Virus record (IMG/VR): IMGVR_UViG_3300005282_000008
Span: 1-64,000 of that record
Strand: one strand, 5' to 3'
Length of the DNA: 64,000 bases
Source: a virus
Lineage: Duplodnaviria; Caudoviricetes
Part shown: positions 15,184 through 26,237 of the stretch, piece by piece
Numbering within the stretch: position 1 is the stretch's first letter
How the letters are laid out: each line of letters starts with the position of its first letter
Made by a program: the position numbers and the translations under genes
The notes under the pieces: generated by a model
Databases searched by the model: none
Told to the model about the DNA's origin: nothing
The model's input: the letters and a program-made list of their open reading frames with translations, nothing else

Positions 15184-17721
15184 ATGAGACACAATCCTAA
15201 TACGTTTCCTGTACAGAAATTATCTTTATCTAAGAAGAATGATGAATGGAAAGAAACATGTGTAGACTATATCATTGGTTCTGGTGAATCTGCTAGAAAT
15301 GGACAAGATAGAACTAGAGTTGATGAAATGCAAACTTATTACGATCTATATAATAGTATTTATAATGAGAAAGATCTAAAGTATGTTACTAATCCATTCA
15401 AACAAGATGATGGATTTCCAGCAACTGCTCAAGACTATAATATAATTAGACCTAAAATAGATTTATTAATAGGTGAAGAAACTAAACGACCTTTTAATTT
15501 TAAAGTGTGTCGTACTAGTGATATTGCAACTGGTGAAGTACAAGATAAAGCTAAACAAATGCTCCTTGATTATGTACAAGCAAGTATGATGGCAAAGATG
15601 GGTCCTGAAGAACAAAAACGATATCAGGAAGCATTACAATCTGGAGAAATAATGCAACCAGAGTCAATTCAAAGATATCTTACTAGAGATTATAAAGATA
15701 TCGCTGAAACTACTGCATACCATACTATAAATTATCTTAGACGTAAAAATAACATAGATCATGAATTTATTAAAGGTTGGAAAGACGCTTTAATAAGTAG
15801 TGAAGAAATTTATTATGTAGGTATTGTTAATGGAGAACCAATACTTGAAAAAGTAAATCCATTATACTTTGATTATGAATCATCAGCAGACTTAGAGTTT
15901 ATACATGAAGCATCATGGTGTTGTCGTAAGATGTTTATGTCTTACTCAGATGTATATGATCGTTTTTATGATAAAATGACTGAGAAACAATTAGATGAAG
16001 TACTAGATCTAGTACAAGGCAAACCAGGTAGTCATGGTGATGATCGTGGACCAAAAGATGATTATAATCATATAAAAATGCATATTAATCATACTCCATT
16101 TGAAAGTGGTGATACAATTACAGTGTATCATGTATGTTGGAAATCATTTAAAAAAATTGGTTTCGTTACAATTCAAGATGAAAATGGTGAACAGAAAGAA
16201 ATAAAAGTTGATGAAACTTATAAACCAATTGGTAATGAAATAAGTGTAGAGTGGGATTGGATTATAGAAGTATGGGAAGGTTATAGAGTTGGTGATGATT
16301 TATATATTGGTATTCAACCAGTAGAATATCAACATGTTTCTGCAGATAACCCCAATGCTCAAAAATTACCTTATACTGGTGCAGTCTATAGTAATACGAA
16401 TAGTAAACCAAGATCATTGGTAAGTATAATGAAACCATTGCAGTATATGTATATTGTAGTATGGTACCGTTTAGAGATGGCAATGGCACGTGATAAAGGT
16501 AAAGTGCTTACTATAGATATAACACAGATACCTAAAGGATTGGGTATAGATGTTAATAAATGGATGCACTATTTATCAGCATTAGGTGTTAACTTTGTAA
16601 ACCCATATGACGAAGGTTGGGATATACCAGGTAGAGAAGGTGGTAAACCATCCCAGTTTAATCAGATTACAGCAGTAGACTTAACCATGGCAAATGTTAT
16701 AGATCAGTATATTAATCTTATGTCTAAGATTGAAAATATGATCTCTGAGATATCTGGAGTAAGCCCACAACGTGAAGGAGCCATATCATCTAATGAATTA
16801 GTTGGCAATGTTACTAGAGCAGTAGTACAATCTGCAAATATTACAGAACCTTTATTTTGGTTGCACAACCAAGTAAAGAAACATGCTGTCACAATGTTGT
16901 TAGATACCGCCAGAGTAGCATGGAGAAATAATAGTAAAGAGTCTTTGAATTATATACTTGATGATACTACTAGAGCATTTATAAAGTTCTCAGATGATTT
17001 CTATTATGAGGATATGGATATCTTTGTTTCAGATAGTACTAAAGATCAGCAAGTAGTAGAACAGTTAAGAAATCTTATGCAACCTGCTATGCAGAATGGT
17101 GCAACTTTGTTAGATGTTGCTGAAATTATGACATTGGATAATACTACATTGATTAAGAATAAACTTGAAGAAATTGAGAACAAACGTATTCAACAACAGC
17201 AAGCAATGCAGGATCAACAGAATCAACAGCAACAGCAATTGGCACAATTGCAGAATCAGTATAAAGAAGCTGATCAGATGCTTAAACAAGCTGAGTTAGA
17301 TCTTAAAAGATATGAGATTGATTCTAAGAATTCAACTGCTATTACTACTGCAGAGATATCAGCATATAGAGGTGCACAGAATATGGATTTAGACCAGAAT
17401 GGTATTCCTGATCCAATTGAAATAGGTAATCAAGCAATTGCACAGCAGAAAGTTAATTCAGAACATGTTTCAAAACAAATGGAACTCAATAACAAACAAC
17501 GAGAGATCGAATATAAGAAAGATATCGAGAATAAAAAGATTGAGGCACAGAAGAAATCGGATGAATATAAAAATGCGATTGAACAAGAAAGAATTGCTTT
17601 AGAAAATAGAAAGTTAGAAGCTGCCAAACAATTACAAAATGCTAAAGATAATGCTGCATATAAAAGAGAAGAATTAAAAGCAAAAACGGCAATGAAAAAT
17701 AAAACCGTTGGAGAAAAATAA
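15184..17721 (+). CDS. portal protein
   Basis: 845 aa after TerL; YNIIRPKIDLLIGEE.KRPF motif; Q-rich coiled-coil C-terminus typical of crAss portals. Confidence 0.9.
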   Translation: MRHNPNTFPVQKLSLSKKNDEWKETCVDYIIGSGESARNGQDRTRVDEMQTYYDLYNSIYNEKDLKYVTNPFKQDDGFPATAQDYNIIRPKIDLLIGEETKRPFNFKVCRTSDIATGEVQDKAKQMLLDYVQASMMAKMGPEEQKRYQEALQSGEIMQPESIQRYLTRDYKDIAETTAYHTINYLRRKNNIDHEFIKGWKDALISSEEIYYVGIVNGEPILEKVNPLYFDYESSADLEFIHEASWCCRKMFMSYSDVYDRFYDKMTEKQLDEVLDLVQGKPGSHGDDRGPKDDYNHIKMHINHTPFESGDTITVYHVCWKSFKKIGFVTIQDENGEQKEIKVDETYKPIGNEISVEWDWIIEVWEGYRVGDDLYIGIQPVEYQHVSADNPNAQKLPYTGAVYSNTNSKPRSLVSIMKPLQYMYIVVWYRLEMAMARDKGKVLTIDITQIPKGLGIDVNKWMHYLSALGVNFVNPYDEGWDIPGREGGKPSQFNQITAVDLTMANVIDQYINLMSKIENMISEISGVSPQREGAISSNELVGNVTRAVVQSANITEPLFWLHNQVKKHAVTMLLDTARVAWRNNSKESLNYILDDTTRAFIKFSDDFYYEDMDIFVSDSTKDQQVVEQLRNLMQPAMQNGATLLDVAEIMTLDNTTLIKNKLEEIENKRIQQQQAMQDQQNQQQQQLAQLQNQYKEADQMLKQAELDLKRYEIDSKNSTAITTAEISAYRGAQNMDLDQNGIPDPIEIGNQAIAQQKVNSEHVSKQMELNNKQREIEYKKDIENKKIEAQKKSDEYKNAIEQERIALENRKLEAAKQLQNAKDNAAYKREELKAKTAMKNKTVGEK

Positions 17722-17740
17722 TAATTTAAAATTTAATATT

Positions 17741-17791
17741 ATGGCTTGCGGAGGTAAGAAAAAAGGTGGTAAAGGTAAAGGAGGCAAATAG
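17741..17791 (+). CDS. 16-aa basic micropeptide MACGGKKKGGKGKGGK
   Basis: Read by eye; AT-rich leader; abuts the next ORF. Confidence 0.6.
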   Translation: MACGGKKKGGKGKGGK

Positions 17792-17793
17792 TA

Positions 17794-17973
17794 ATGAGTG
17801 CCTTAAGTAAAGCAAAAGCAAAAGTTGCTTCTTCTAAAAAGAAAGGTAACTATGTTGGATTTAAAGCTTTAGCTAAGAAAACCTCACCAGCAATAGCTGC
17901 GGCTATTGGTAGAAAAAAGTATGGTAAAGCAGGAATGGCTGCTTTAGCAAAAGCTGGTAAAAAATCAAAATAA
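17794..17973 (+). CDS. 59-aa Lys/Ala-rich basic protein
   Basis: MSALSKAKAKVASSKKKG...AAAIGRKKYGKAGMAALAKAGKKSK; fills the gap exactly; missed by the 60-aa cut-off. Confidence 0.75.
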   Translation: MSALSKAKAKVASSKKKGNYVGFKALAKKTSPAIAAAIGRKKYGKAGMAALAKAGKKSK

Positions 17974-17977
17974 ATTT

Positions 17978-18220
17978 ATGAAAGAATTTATGAATAAACT
18001 TACTAATTTTATGAAACAGATGTTCACATCTACTAGTGAAATTAGTTCTAAACGAGTATCAGGTTTTACTGGTTGGTTAGCATTTATAGGTATCTGTCTT
18101 TATTGTACAGTTATGAAACGTCAAGCACCAGTAATAACCGATACTTTGGCAATATGTAGTTCAGCTTTATTAGGTCTGGATTCTATTACCTCAATTTGGA
18201 AACGAAATACAACAATCTAA
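17978..18220 (+). CDS. small two-TM membrane protein (holin-like)
   Basis: SSKR followed by two hydrophobic helices. Confidence 0.65.
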   Translation: MKEFMNKLTNFMKQMFTSTSEISSKRVSGFTGWLAFIGICLYCTVMKRQAPVITDTLAICSSALLGLDSITSIWKRNTTI

Positions 18221-18232
18221 TTAAATATAATT

Positions 18233-19384
18233 ATGGAAGACAATAGTAAAAAAGGACTATTAGGTGGATTTGAAGCAATTTTTAATGATGACTTTACTCC
18301 AAGTGAAGAAAAGGATGATGTTAATTCTAAAGTAGTAGAAGATGCTGCTGAAGATATTGATGATGAGGAATTACCTAATAAAAAGAAAGAGACTAAAGAA
18401 GTAGTAGATGATACTACTGAAGAAGATGATGACGATGACAATGATGATATCATTGAAGAAACTAAATCTAAGTCTAAAAAAGAATCTAGAGTAAAAGAAA
18501 CTGAGACTGTTGAAACTGAAGAAGACGATGATACTGATGAAGTTGAGGCAACTGCAGTATCTAGTTTATTCGATTCAATTGCAGAACAGTTAGGATGGGA
18601 ACTTGGTGATGATGAAGAAAAACCAAAGGATGCAGAAAGTATTGTTAAGTATTTTCAAGATGTTATTGAAGAAAGTTCAGTACCAACATATGCAAATGAT
18701 GAAGTAAAGGCATTGGATGAGTTTGTACGTAATGGTGGTGATTTAAAAGACTTCTATAAAATTGAATCTGAATTAGATATTGAAACTGCAGACATCGAAG
18801 ATGAAGATGTACAAAAGAAAATAGTTGGTGATTACTTAAGAGAAAAGGGTTTAAATGATAAACAAATAGAACGCAAACTTATTAAGTATGAGGATGCAGG
18901 TATTCTAGAAGATGAAGCTAATGATGCTTTAGAGTCTCTTAAAGAGATCAAAGAGCAAAAGAAAGAACAGCTATTAGAGAATCAGAGAAATGCCTCAGAG
19001 GTGTCTCAAAAGAAGCAACAAGAGTTTTATACTAACGTTGTCGAAGAAATAAATGGTATGAAAGATGTACGTGGTATTAAAATACCAGATAATGACAAGA
19101 AAACATTATTAGAGTATATATTCAAACCAGACGCAAATGGTGTTACTAAATATCAAAAGGAATATGCCAAAAGTGTTAAAAATTTAATTGAGTCTGCATA
19201 TTTTACAATGAAGGGTGACGCATTGCTTAGTGCTGCTAAGAATGAAGGTAACAAATCAGCAATAAAAAACTTTAAAGAAAGTTTAAGAACTGCACCAGTT
19301 GGTAAGACTCGAAAAGTAATCTCAGATACAGGTAAAACTTCTATTTGGGACACAGTGGCACAACAACTAACCACAAAAAAATAA
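18233..19384 (+). CDS. acidic scaffolding-like protein
   Basis: Very D/E-rich, coiled coil, immediately upstream of MCP. Confidence 0.75.
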   Translation: MEDNSKKGLLGGFEAIFNDDFTPSEEKDDVNSKVVEDAAEDIDDEELPNKKKETKEVVDDTTEEDDDDDNDDIIEETKSKSKKESRVKETETVETEEDDDTDEVEATAVSSLFDSIAEQLGWELGDDEEKPKDAESIVKYFQDVIEESSVPTYANDEVKALDEFVRNGGDLKDFYKIESELDIETADIEDEDVQKKIVGDYLREKGLNDKQIERKLIKYEDAGILEDEANDALESLKEIKEQKKEQLLENQRNASEVSQKKQQEFYTNVVEEINGMKDVRGIKIPDNDKKTLLEYIFKPDANGVTKYQKEYAKSVKNLIESAYFTMKGDALLSAAKNEGNKSAIKNFKESLRTAPVGKTRKVISDTGKTSIWDTVAQQLTTKK

Positions 19385-19411
19385 TTAATTAACTTAAATT
19401 ACTAGTATTTT

Positions 19412-20902
19412 ATGGATAATGGAATTCTAAACAATCTACAACTTTATAAAGGAAAATGGTTTTCAGATCTTGTAGACGAAGCTAAGATATCAGAAGCTAT
19501 GGGCATTAAGCCATATGAAATCTCAACAATTGTTTCATATGTTTTTGGTCAGAAAGATGATGGTGGTAGCACTTCTCTAGATATGATTACAGGAGGCCTT
19601 GGTAACCAAATTACAATCGATCAGCGTATGTTCGAGTGGAAGGTTATGATCGACTCAGATAGAGCTGTAACAATTCGCTCTGCAAAATGGCAGGGAACTG
19701 AAATTACTTCAAGTACTGCTGATACAGTTATGGCTGGTCTTGGCAATACTCCAATCCAACTTTGGTTGGAAGACAAATGGTTTGGACCAGGTGCAATTAT
19801 AGAGTTTGATAATAAAGATTTTCAAGTTCGTGTTGCTTCTGAACCTTATCAGGATGGTAACGAATGGGTTTATACTTGTTTCGTTGCTGATGGACAATCT
19901 AGTTCATACATTCCTAATGAATATTTATTGCCAGGAAAACAAGTATCTCGTGTAGCTTCTGCTTACGAAGAATACTCAGAACAGGGCGATATCTTGAACT
20001 ACAATACTCATTTCGCAATGAGAAATCACTTGATGATTACTCGTGTTGATTATGATATTACTGGTTCTGCTTATTCTACAGTAATGGCAATCGCTTTAAA
20101 GGATCCTAAATCTGGAAAGACTTCTTACTTATGGGCTGACTATCAAGAATGGGTAGCTATGCGTGAATGGTATAAGAGATCTGAAAGACTTTTGATGTAT
20201 GCTAAATCTAACGTTAAACCAGATGGTACAACTGACTTAGTTGGTGCTAATGGTCGTCCAGTTTATATTGGTGCAGGTTTGCTTCAGCAAATTGCTCCTT
20301 CTAATAGACGTACTTATACAGAATTAACTGTCTGAGTTACTTGTAAGAACTTCTTGTTTGATCTATCTTATAACATCTTAGGAACTAATGAACGTAAGTT
20401 TATTGCTCTTACTGGTGAAATGGGTATGAGAGAATTTGATAGAGTACTTAAGATTAAGACTGCTAGCATGCAGTTGACAGATACTGTATTCGTTACAGGT
20501 TCTGGTCAGAACTTAACTTTAGGTGGTCAGTTTACTACATACAAAATGACTAATGGTATCGAGTTAACCTTGAAACATTTCCCATTGTATGATAATACTA
20601 CTTATAACCGTCAGTTACATCCAGTTACTAAGAAACCTTTGGAATCTTATCGTATGACATTCTTAGACTTAGGTCGTAGAGATGGTGAAGCTAATATTGT
20701 TAAGGTAGTTAGAAAAGATCGTGGTTTTGTACTTTGGAATACTGCAGGTTCTGTAGCACCAGGCGCAGGTTATGGTAAAGCTGCTTCTACACTTAGAGCT
20801 AATGCAAAAGATGGTTATTCAGTACATATGTTAGGTGAAATGGGTATCATGTTACGTGATCCTCGCGCATGTGGTGAATTAGTAATGGAGTCTGAGGACT
20901 AA
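19412..20902 (+). CDS. major capsid protein (interrupted at ~20331-20350 by three apparent 1-nt insertions)
   Basis: crAss-type MCP sequence; both ORFs are in the same frame; deleting three bases gives RRTYTELTAELLEDFLFDLSYN. Confidence 0.92.
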
Positions 20903-20911
20903 ACAATAATA

Positions 20912-20947
20912 ATATGTGGGGTTAGAAGTAACCCCCATATTCTTTTT
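20912..20947 (+). terminator. rho-independent terminator after MCP
   Basis: ATATGTGGGGTT...AACCCCCATAT followed by TCTTTTT. Confidence 0.8.
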
Positions 20948-20988
20948 ATAAAAACTTATGGTTGAGAAATCTATAATTAATAAATTAT

Positions 20989-21741
20989 ATGGAAGTTACA
21001 CTAAGATTTAAAAGTATTGACCCATGGGCAAAGGTCACTAAATATAAAGATTGCCAAGATTATATTGCAACTTATTGGACAAGAAGTGGAAATAAATACA
21101 CTGGTCTTACTCAAGAAGATGCAGAGAGATTAGAAAAAGCGTGTGGTTATACTGAAGGTACATTATCACCGTTTAGTGAATTTTGGAATACGTTCGCGGT
21201 AAAATTAGGAGTTAAAGGTCTTATTTTACATACAGAAAGAGCCGTTGATGAGTTACAGTATTTGTTCTTAAAAGGACATAAGAGAGTAGCAAATGGTGTA
21301 TCAAATGTTAGGCCAGGTCACAATTATATATTAGTTAATAAAGACTTTGAAGCAGAAGAACAAAATAAACTTAATAAAGTTAAACGTGAAGCTTTTGCTG
21401 CATTTAATAAAATGTCACTTGATGATATGCGTAAATGTCTTAGACTTTATGGACACAAATCCGATACTTATAGTAATGAATTGGTAGAAAGTAAATTGTT
21501 TGAAACAGTTGAAAATAATCCCGATCGTTTCTTTACAGTATGGGTAAATAACAAAACAAAGGATACTCAGTACTTACTTGAGACTGCTGTATCTAAAAAT
21601 ATCATTCGTAAGAATAGAACTAATTATATGTATGGTACAGATATGATTGGTAATACAATTGATGATGCTATTTCTTATTTAGATAATAAGAAGAATCAGG
21701 ATATTAGACTTACTATTATGTCTGAGATAGACGCAAAATAA
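20989..21741 (+). CDS. conserved crAss-like protein following MCP
   Basis: Synteny; long ORF. Confidence 0.7.
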   Translation: MEVTLRFKSIDPWAKVTKYKDCQDYIATYWTRSGNKYTGLTQEDAERLEKACGYTEGTLSPFSEFWNTFAVKLGVKGLILHTERAVDELQYLFLKGHKRVANGVSNVRPGHNYILVNKDFEAEEQNKLNKVKREAFAAFNKMSLDDMRKCLRLYGHKSDTYSNELVESKLFETVENNPDRFFTVWVNNKTKDTQYLLETAVSKNIIRKNRTNYMYGTDMIGNTIDDAISYLDNKKNQDIRLTIMSEIDAK

Positions 21742-21744
21742 ATT

Positions 21745-22440
21745 ATGAATATAAACGATTTACATCTTGCATTTAAAGTAGAGTTAGACAAGAATTCCAG
21801 TGGATATGCATTCGCTGGAAATCCTGCTTTCTTACCTGGTGAAATAGATTACTGGTTAAATAAAGCTCTTATTCAAACTGTAAATACTAAATTTACTGGT
21901 AATAATAAATTACAGGAACCTTTTGAATCTAGTGTAAAACGTAATGCGGATCTTGAGAAGTTAGTTAAAACTGATACTGGTTTAACTTTATTAGTTAATC
22001 CTAATAGTAATACTTTACAATTAAGTGATTTCAGTACGAATAGTGTAATAGTAGATGGTACTGTTAGAATGTTTTATATACAATCAGTTTTAGTGTTTGG
22101 TACTAAAAAAGCAAATGTTAGTTTAATAAGTCATGAGCAATCAAAGAAGTTCTTAAAGACTTATAACAATAATCCTTGGATTCCAGAACCAGTTGCTACA
22201 CTTCATGATGATAAACTTACTATATTTATAGATACTACTACAATGACTGGTACATTTACTTTAGAATTAACTTATGTAAAGAAACCAACAAAATTAGCAT
22301 ATGCGGATACTACAGAATTTACAGAGTTACCTGATTATGTATATAATGAGATAGTTTCAACTGCAGTAGCACTTGCCTTAGATAATATCGAATCTAAACG
22401 AATAGAAACAAAATTACAATTAAATACATTAACTGAATAA
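21745..22440 (+). CDS. neck/tail ring protein
   Basis: F..ELDK...EIDYWLN.A...KR..DL; paralog of the next two genes. Confidence 0.75.
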   Translation: MNINDLHLAFKVELDKNSSGYAFAGNPAFLPGEIDYWLNKALIQTVNTKFTGNNKLQEPFESSVKRNADLEKLVKTDTGLTLLVNPNSNTLQLSDFSTNSVIVDGTVRMFYIQSVLVFGTKKANVSLISHEQSKKFLKTYNNNPWIPEPVATLHDDKLTIFIDTTTMTGTFTLELTYVKKPTKLAYADTTEFTELPDYVYNEIVSTAVALALDNIESKRIETKLQLNTLTE

Positions 22441-22442
22441 TT

Positions 22443-23378
22443 ATGACTGCAAGAGAAATGCAAGTTGAATTCGAAAGAATTATAACTCTAATGAATTCTG
22501 ATTTTGAATTAAAAGATAAATTAACATCAGATACTATATTTGCTTTTTTAAATTCAGCACAAGAACGTTTTATACGTAACAATTATCTTCTTGAAGATAA
22601 TGTACAAGATGGCACTAGGGCTCAAAAGAAAAACGCAGATAGTTTAAAAGGACTTATCACAAGAACTACATTAATACTAAATAGTGCAGTTACTACTACT
22701 CCAGTCATTACTGAAGTTGTATATTCTACTGGAAATTTAGATAGTGTTATTATCAATAAAGATATTAATGATATTGTAACCAGTAAAGTTACTACGGAAT
22801 ATGGTAATATGTATTTAGTAGGTGCTGATCAGAAACAAAAGAAAACAGTTACCACTTACACTTATGCTTCTGATATTGATGTGTTTAATACAGATAATAC
22901 CTCTGCTAGAGTAAAATTACCAATTAATTATTTTTTATATATTAGATCAAATAGTTTGATATCTAAAAATTATAAGATTGATACTGAAATTGCAGTAGAA
23001 TCTGATTTTGTGATTACTCCAAACAAGACTATTAGAGAAGACGATGTTGAAAAGATAATTTCTACATTTTATAACAAAGCAATATTACGCAATCCATATG
23101 TAGTACTTAATTCGGGTAATGAAGCGGATTCAGTTAATAATACTTATATTAATGTAATACATGATGAATACACAACTATAAAGAAATTAGATTTGGTTTA
23201 TTATCGTAAACCATTGAAGTTTGATGTAATTGATGCTGATAATATTGCTATATTGGATACATGTGAACTACCAGAGAATGTACATAGAGAAATCGTAGAG
23301 TTAGCTGTAGATATGTTTATAACAGAAGCTAAATATAGATTGAATATGAAACAACCTGAACAACCTCAAAATAGATAA
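22443..23378 (+). CDS. neck/tail ring protein
   Basis: Same family; YYRKP...ELPE..HREIVELAV. Confidence 0.75.
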   Translation: MTAREMQVEFERIITLMNSDFELKDKLTSDTIFAFLNSAQERFIRNNYLLEDNVQDGTRAQKKNADSLKGLITRTTLILNSAVTTTPVITEVVYSTGNLDSVIINKDINDIVTSKVTTEYGNMYLVGADQKQKKTVTTYTYASDIDVFNTDNTSARVKLPINYFLYIRSNSLISKNYKIDTEIAVESDFVITPNKTIREDDVEKIISTFYNKAILRNPYVVLNSGNEADSVNNTYINVIHDEYTTIKKLDLVYYRKPLKFDVIDADNIAILDTCELPENVHREIVELAVDMFITEAKYRLNMKQPEQPQNR

Positions 23379-23381
23379 TAA

Positions 23382-24107
23382 ATGAAATATATAGATTTAC
23401 AAATTGCCTTTGAGCTTGAAATTAATAAATTTGATGACGCTCTTACTAAACCAAAATCAGAAGATACTGAATATTGGTTAAATATTGGCTTAGACAAGTT
23501 TGTAAAAACTAGATATTCTGGTATTAACTATAAAGGTGAAGGTTATAATCAATCTCAAAAAAGAACAGATGATCTTAGGATGGTGACAGTTACTAAAGAT
23601 TATTTATCAACAGATGAACTTGTTACTAAAACAACTGTAACTACTGGAGATAAATATGTTATAACATTACCAACGGATTATTTACTTACTTTAGGTGAAG
23701 ACGTTAATATAACAAGTACTTTAGATAGTTGGCCAAAAGTAAATGATGTTGCTATCATTAAACATGAACCAGTAATTGAAAGTACTATTGAAAACGTTAC
23801 TGAAAAGTTAACAAATAGTTTATCAGAATATAGGTTACATGCGAACAATGCTAAACCAATAAGAGTATACACCGATAATTCAATTATATTATATACAGAT
23901 GGTCAATATACTATAAGTAATTATACATTAACATATTTAAAGTATCCAGTTAAAATTGACATTCATACAAAACCTTTTGATCTTTATTCTAGTATGCCCG
24001 AACATACACATATAGAGATCGTTAAATTAGCTGCACAAGCTTATTTAGAAAATCAAACAAATCAAAGATATAACTCATATTCAAATGAGGTTTCTACTAT
24101 GGAATAA
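23382..24107 (+). CDS. neck/tail ring protein
   Basis: Same family; YLKYP...MPEHTHIEIVKLA. Confidence 0.75.
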   Translation: MKYIDLQIAFELEINKFDDALTKPKSEDTEYWLNIGLDKFVKTRYSGINYKGEGYNQSQKRTDDLRMVTVTKDYLSTDELVTKTTVTTGDKYVITLPTDYLLTLGEDVNITSTLDSWPKVNDVAIIKHEPVIESTIENVTEKLTNSLSEYRLHANNAKPIRVYTDNSIILYTDGQYTISNYTLTYLKYPVKIDIHTKPFDLYSSMPEHTHIEIVKLAAQAYLENQTNQRYNSYSNEVSTME

Positions 24108-24127
24108 CCATAGTTTATAAAAAATTA

Positions 24128-24200
24128 AGTCTAACGCGGAAATGATGAAAAACTCAAAGTAGAAAGACTAAATTATTGAACTTAACGCGTAAAGTTCGAT
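24128..24200 (+). promoter_or_regulatory. putative structured 5' leader with two AACGCG-bearing hairpins
   Basis: AGTCT-AACGCG...AGACT and ATTGAACTT-AACGCGT-AAAGTTCGAT. Confidence 0.45.
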
Positions 24201-24216
24201 TATAAAAATAATTATT

Positions 24217-25212
24217 ATGCTTAATCACGTAAATACCGTATTAATCGGTTCAAATTGTCCAGCATCTTATACCAATGTTGCTGCTTTAACTACTGGTGAC
24301 GTAGCTTTGTTTGATGAGAATAAAGCAATCTTAACTACTACTGGTGCTGCTGCTGCTGCAAAAGCAATCTATGTAGGTGTTGTTAAAGGTACAGAAACTG
24401 TTTCAGATAATGCTGGTACAGTAAGTACAGTTAATATAATTGCTTATTCAAATGCAATTCAGAAAGGTTCTAAACCTAACATGGTTTATTCTGATTATAT
24501 TGCTGCTACAGAAGATGTTATTTCTTTTAACCTAGCATCAGTAGTTCCTACTGTTGGTGATAGATATGTACTTAGAGTTGTTTATAATGACATTTATGAA
24601 CATCCTGGACAGTTTACTCATACTTATGAAGTAATTGCTAAAACAACTACTCCTGCTGATCTAGTTGCTGCTTTCAAAGCAAAAATCAATAAACATACAA
24701 ACCGTAGAGTTAATGCTACTAATGTAGTTGCTACTACTTTAGTTATAACTGCAATGACTAAGAATGATAACGAAGGACTTGATTCTTTAAATTATTATTC
24801 TCAGGTTTCTATGGAAGCTACAATGTATTCTCAGGACTTAGGTTCATTTATTTTAAATCAACCTACTACTATTCCTAATTTAACAATTTCTAAAACTCAA
24901 GGTGGTCCTGGTAAAGGTAATGCTAAGATTATTAGAGATCGTGAGAATGCTGCACTTGGTTATAAAGGTATTATCAATCGTATGTATTGGCCAGTTATCA
25001 AACCAACTTTAACTGTTGATTTGACTGCTACTTATGATACATTGGTAATTGAAAACCAGAATCATTACTTAAGTGATGATAATCAATATATCAAAAACAC
25101 TCCATTAGCTACTGAACTTTATGTTAAGGCTGGTGAATTGGTAACTGATGGCGAAACTCCAACAGATTCCGTATTGAAAGATATGATCGAAGCATTTGTT
25201 GCGATCGCTTAA
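24217..25212 (+). CDS. virion structural protein (auxiliary capsid-like)
   Basis: Ala/Thr/Val-rich beta protein with its own terminator; synteny with crAss-like phages. Confidence 0.6.
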   Translation: MLNHVNTVLIGSNCPASYTNVAALTTGDVALFDENKAILTTTGAAAAAKAIYVGVVKGTETVSDNAGTVSTVNIIAYSNAIQKGSKPNMVYSDYIAATEDVISFNLASVVPTVGDRYVLRVVYNDIYEHPGQFTHTYEVIAKTTTPADLVAAFKAKINKHTNRRVNATNVVATTLVITAMTKNDNEGLDSLNYYSQVSMEATMYSQDLGSFILNQPTTIPNLTISKTQGGPGKGNAKIIRDRENAALGYKGIINRMYWPVIKPTLTVDLTATYDTLVIENQNHYLSDDNQYIKNTPLATELYVKAGELVTDGETPTDSVLKDMIEAFVAIA

Positions 25213-25240
25213 TCTTTTTTAATAAAGAATTAACCAAACA

Positions 25241-25272
25241 AAAGGGGAGGGAGAAATCCTATCCCCTTTTTT
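25241..25272 (+). terminator. rho-independent terminator
   Basis: AAAGGGGAGG...CCTATCCCCTTT followed by T-tract. Confidence 0.75.
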
Positions 25273-25285
25273 AATATAAAAAATT

Positions 25286-26236
25286 ATGGTAAAGTTTTAT
25301 AAAGATCCTAGTGGGAATTGGCACATTGGTGATAAATTGATTCCATCAGGTACGTGTTGGATTGATTATGATATTGTAACTGATATTAAAATTGTATCAT
25401 TATATGATCAAAACGATATTAAGTTTCAGGGTCCATTTTCAGAGTTAGCAGATAAAGATGGTGTTGCATTTAGTGACGTTGCTACAATGCTTTCAACAAA
25501 TTCTGATTTTTTCGTTGATGCCGATGTGGCGGCAATAACTAATCATGAAGCATTAGAAGGTTTACAAGGTGGTGCCACATCAGACCATCAACATTTAACT
25601 ACTCTACAAGTTGGTTTAGTTAATAATGCGGTTCAAAAGACAGGCAATGAAACTATTAACGGTGTTAAAACGTTTGTTACTTCACCAGTAGTGCCTACTC
25701 CAGATGAGGATATGGAGGCTGCAACAAAGAAATACGTAGATGATAAAGTGATATATAAAGCGTTAGCCCCAGTAGTAGTCAATGGTACTACTGAATCTAC
25801 TTTGTTTTCACCAACATATAAAGGGATTGGTAGATTAATACCAGCAAATACTTTAAAAGTTGGAGATGTTATTGTATTTAAAAATAATGGTTTCTTTACA
25901 ACGGCAACTGGTGGAACTTCTGCTTTTAGAGTTAAGTTTGGTAATTTAACATTATTTACACAAAATGTCACATATGCCAACAATAGAACTAACTATTATA
26001 TTGAATTAGAATTAATTACTACGATAAGATCCATTGGTTCAACTGGAGTACTTATCTCACAAGGTAGAGCAATGATACAAAGTAGTATTTCTTATGGTGT
26101 TGAAGTAAATCCATTAGTGACGTTAGTTCCCATTACTATAGATACTACTATAGATAACTTATTAGACTTAACATTCCAATGGGGAAGTGCTGGCCAATCT
26201 ATTACCGTTAGTAATACAATTATAGAATTAAAATAA
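25286..26236 (+). CDS. fibre-like structural protein
   Basis: H..L.GLQGG...HQHLT, GNETINGVKTF and AATKKYVD fibre motifs. Confidence 0.7.
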   Translation: MVKFYKDPSGNWHIGDKLIPSGTCWIDYDIVTDIKIVSLYDQNDIKFQGPFSELADKDGVAFSDVATMLSTNSDFFVDADVAAITNHEALEGLQGGATSDHQHLTTLQVGLVNNAVQKTGNETINGVKTFVTSPVVPTPDEDMEAATKKYVDDKVIYKALAPVVVNGTTESTLFSPTYKGIGRLIPANTLKVGDVIVFKNNGFFTTATGGTSAFRVKFGNLTLFTQNVTYANNRTNYYIELELITTIRSIGSTGVLISQGRAMIQSSISYGVEVNPLVTLVPITIDTTIDNLLDLTFQWGSAGQSITVSNTIIELK

Positions 26237-26237
26237 A

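Noticed and set aside
20325-20360. In-frame TGA in the major capsid gene suggesting stop-codon recoding or readthrough
   Set aside because: Readthrough gives V*VTCKN, whereas deleting three single bases restores the helix-like ELTAELLEDFLFD expected of this family. The 16-kb RNAP ORF has no in-frame TGA or TAG, so the code looks standard. Most likely sequencing error; check reads.
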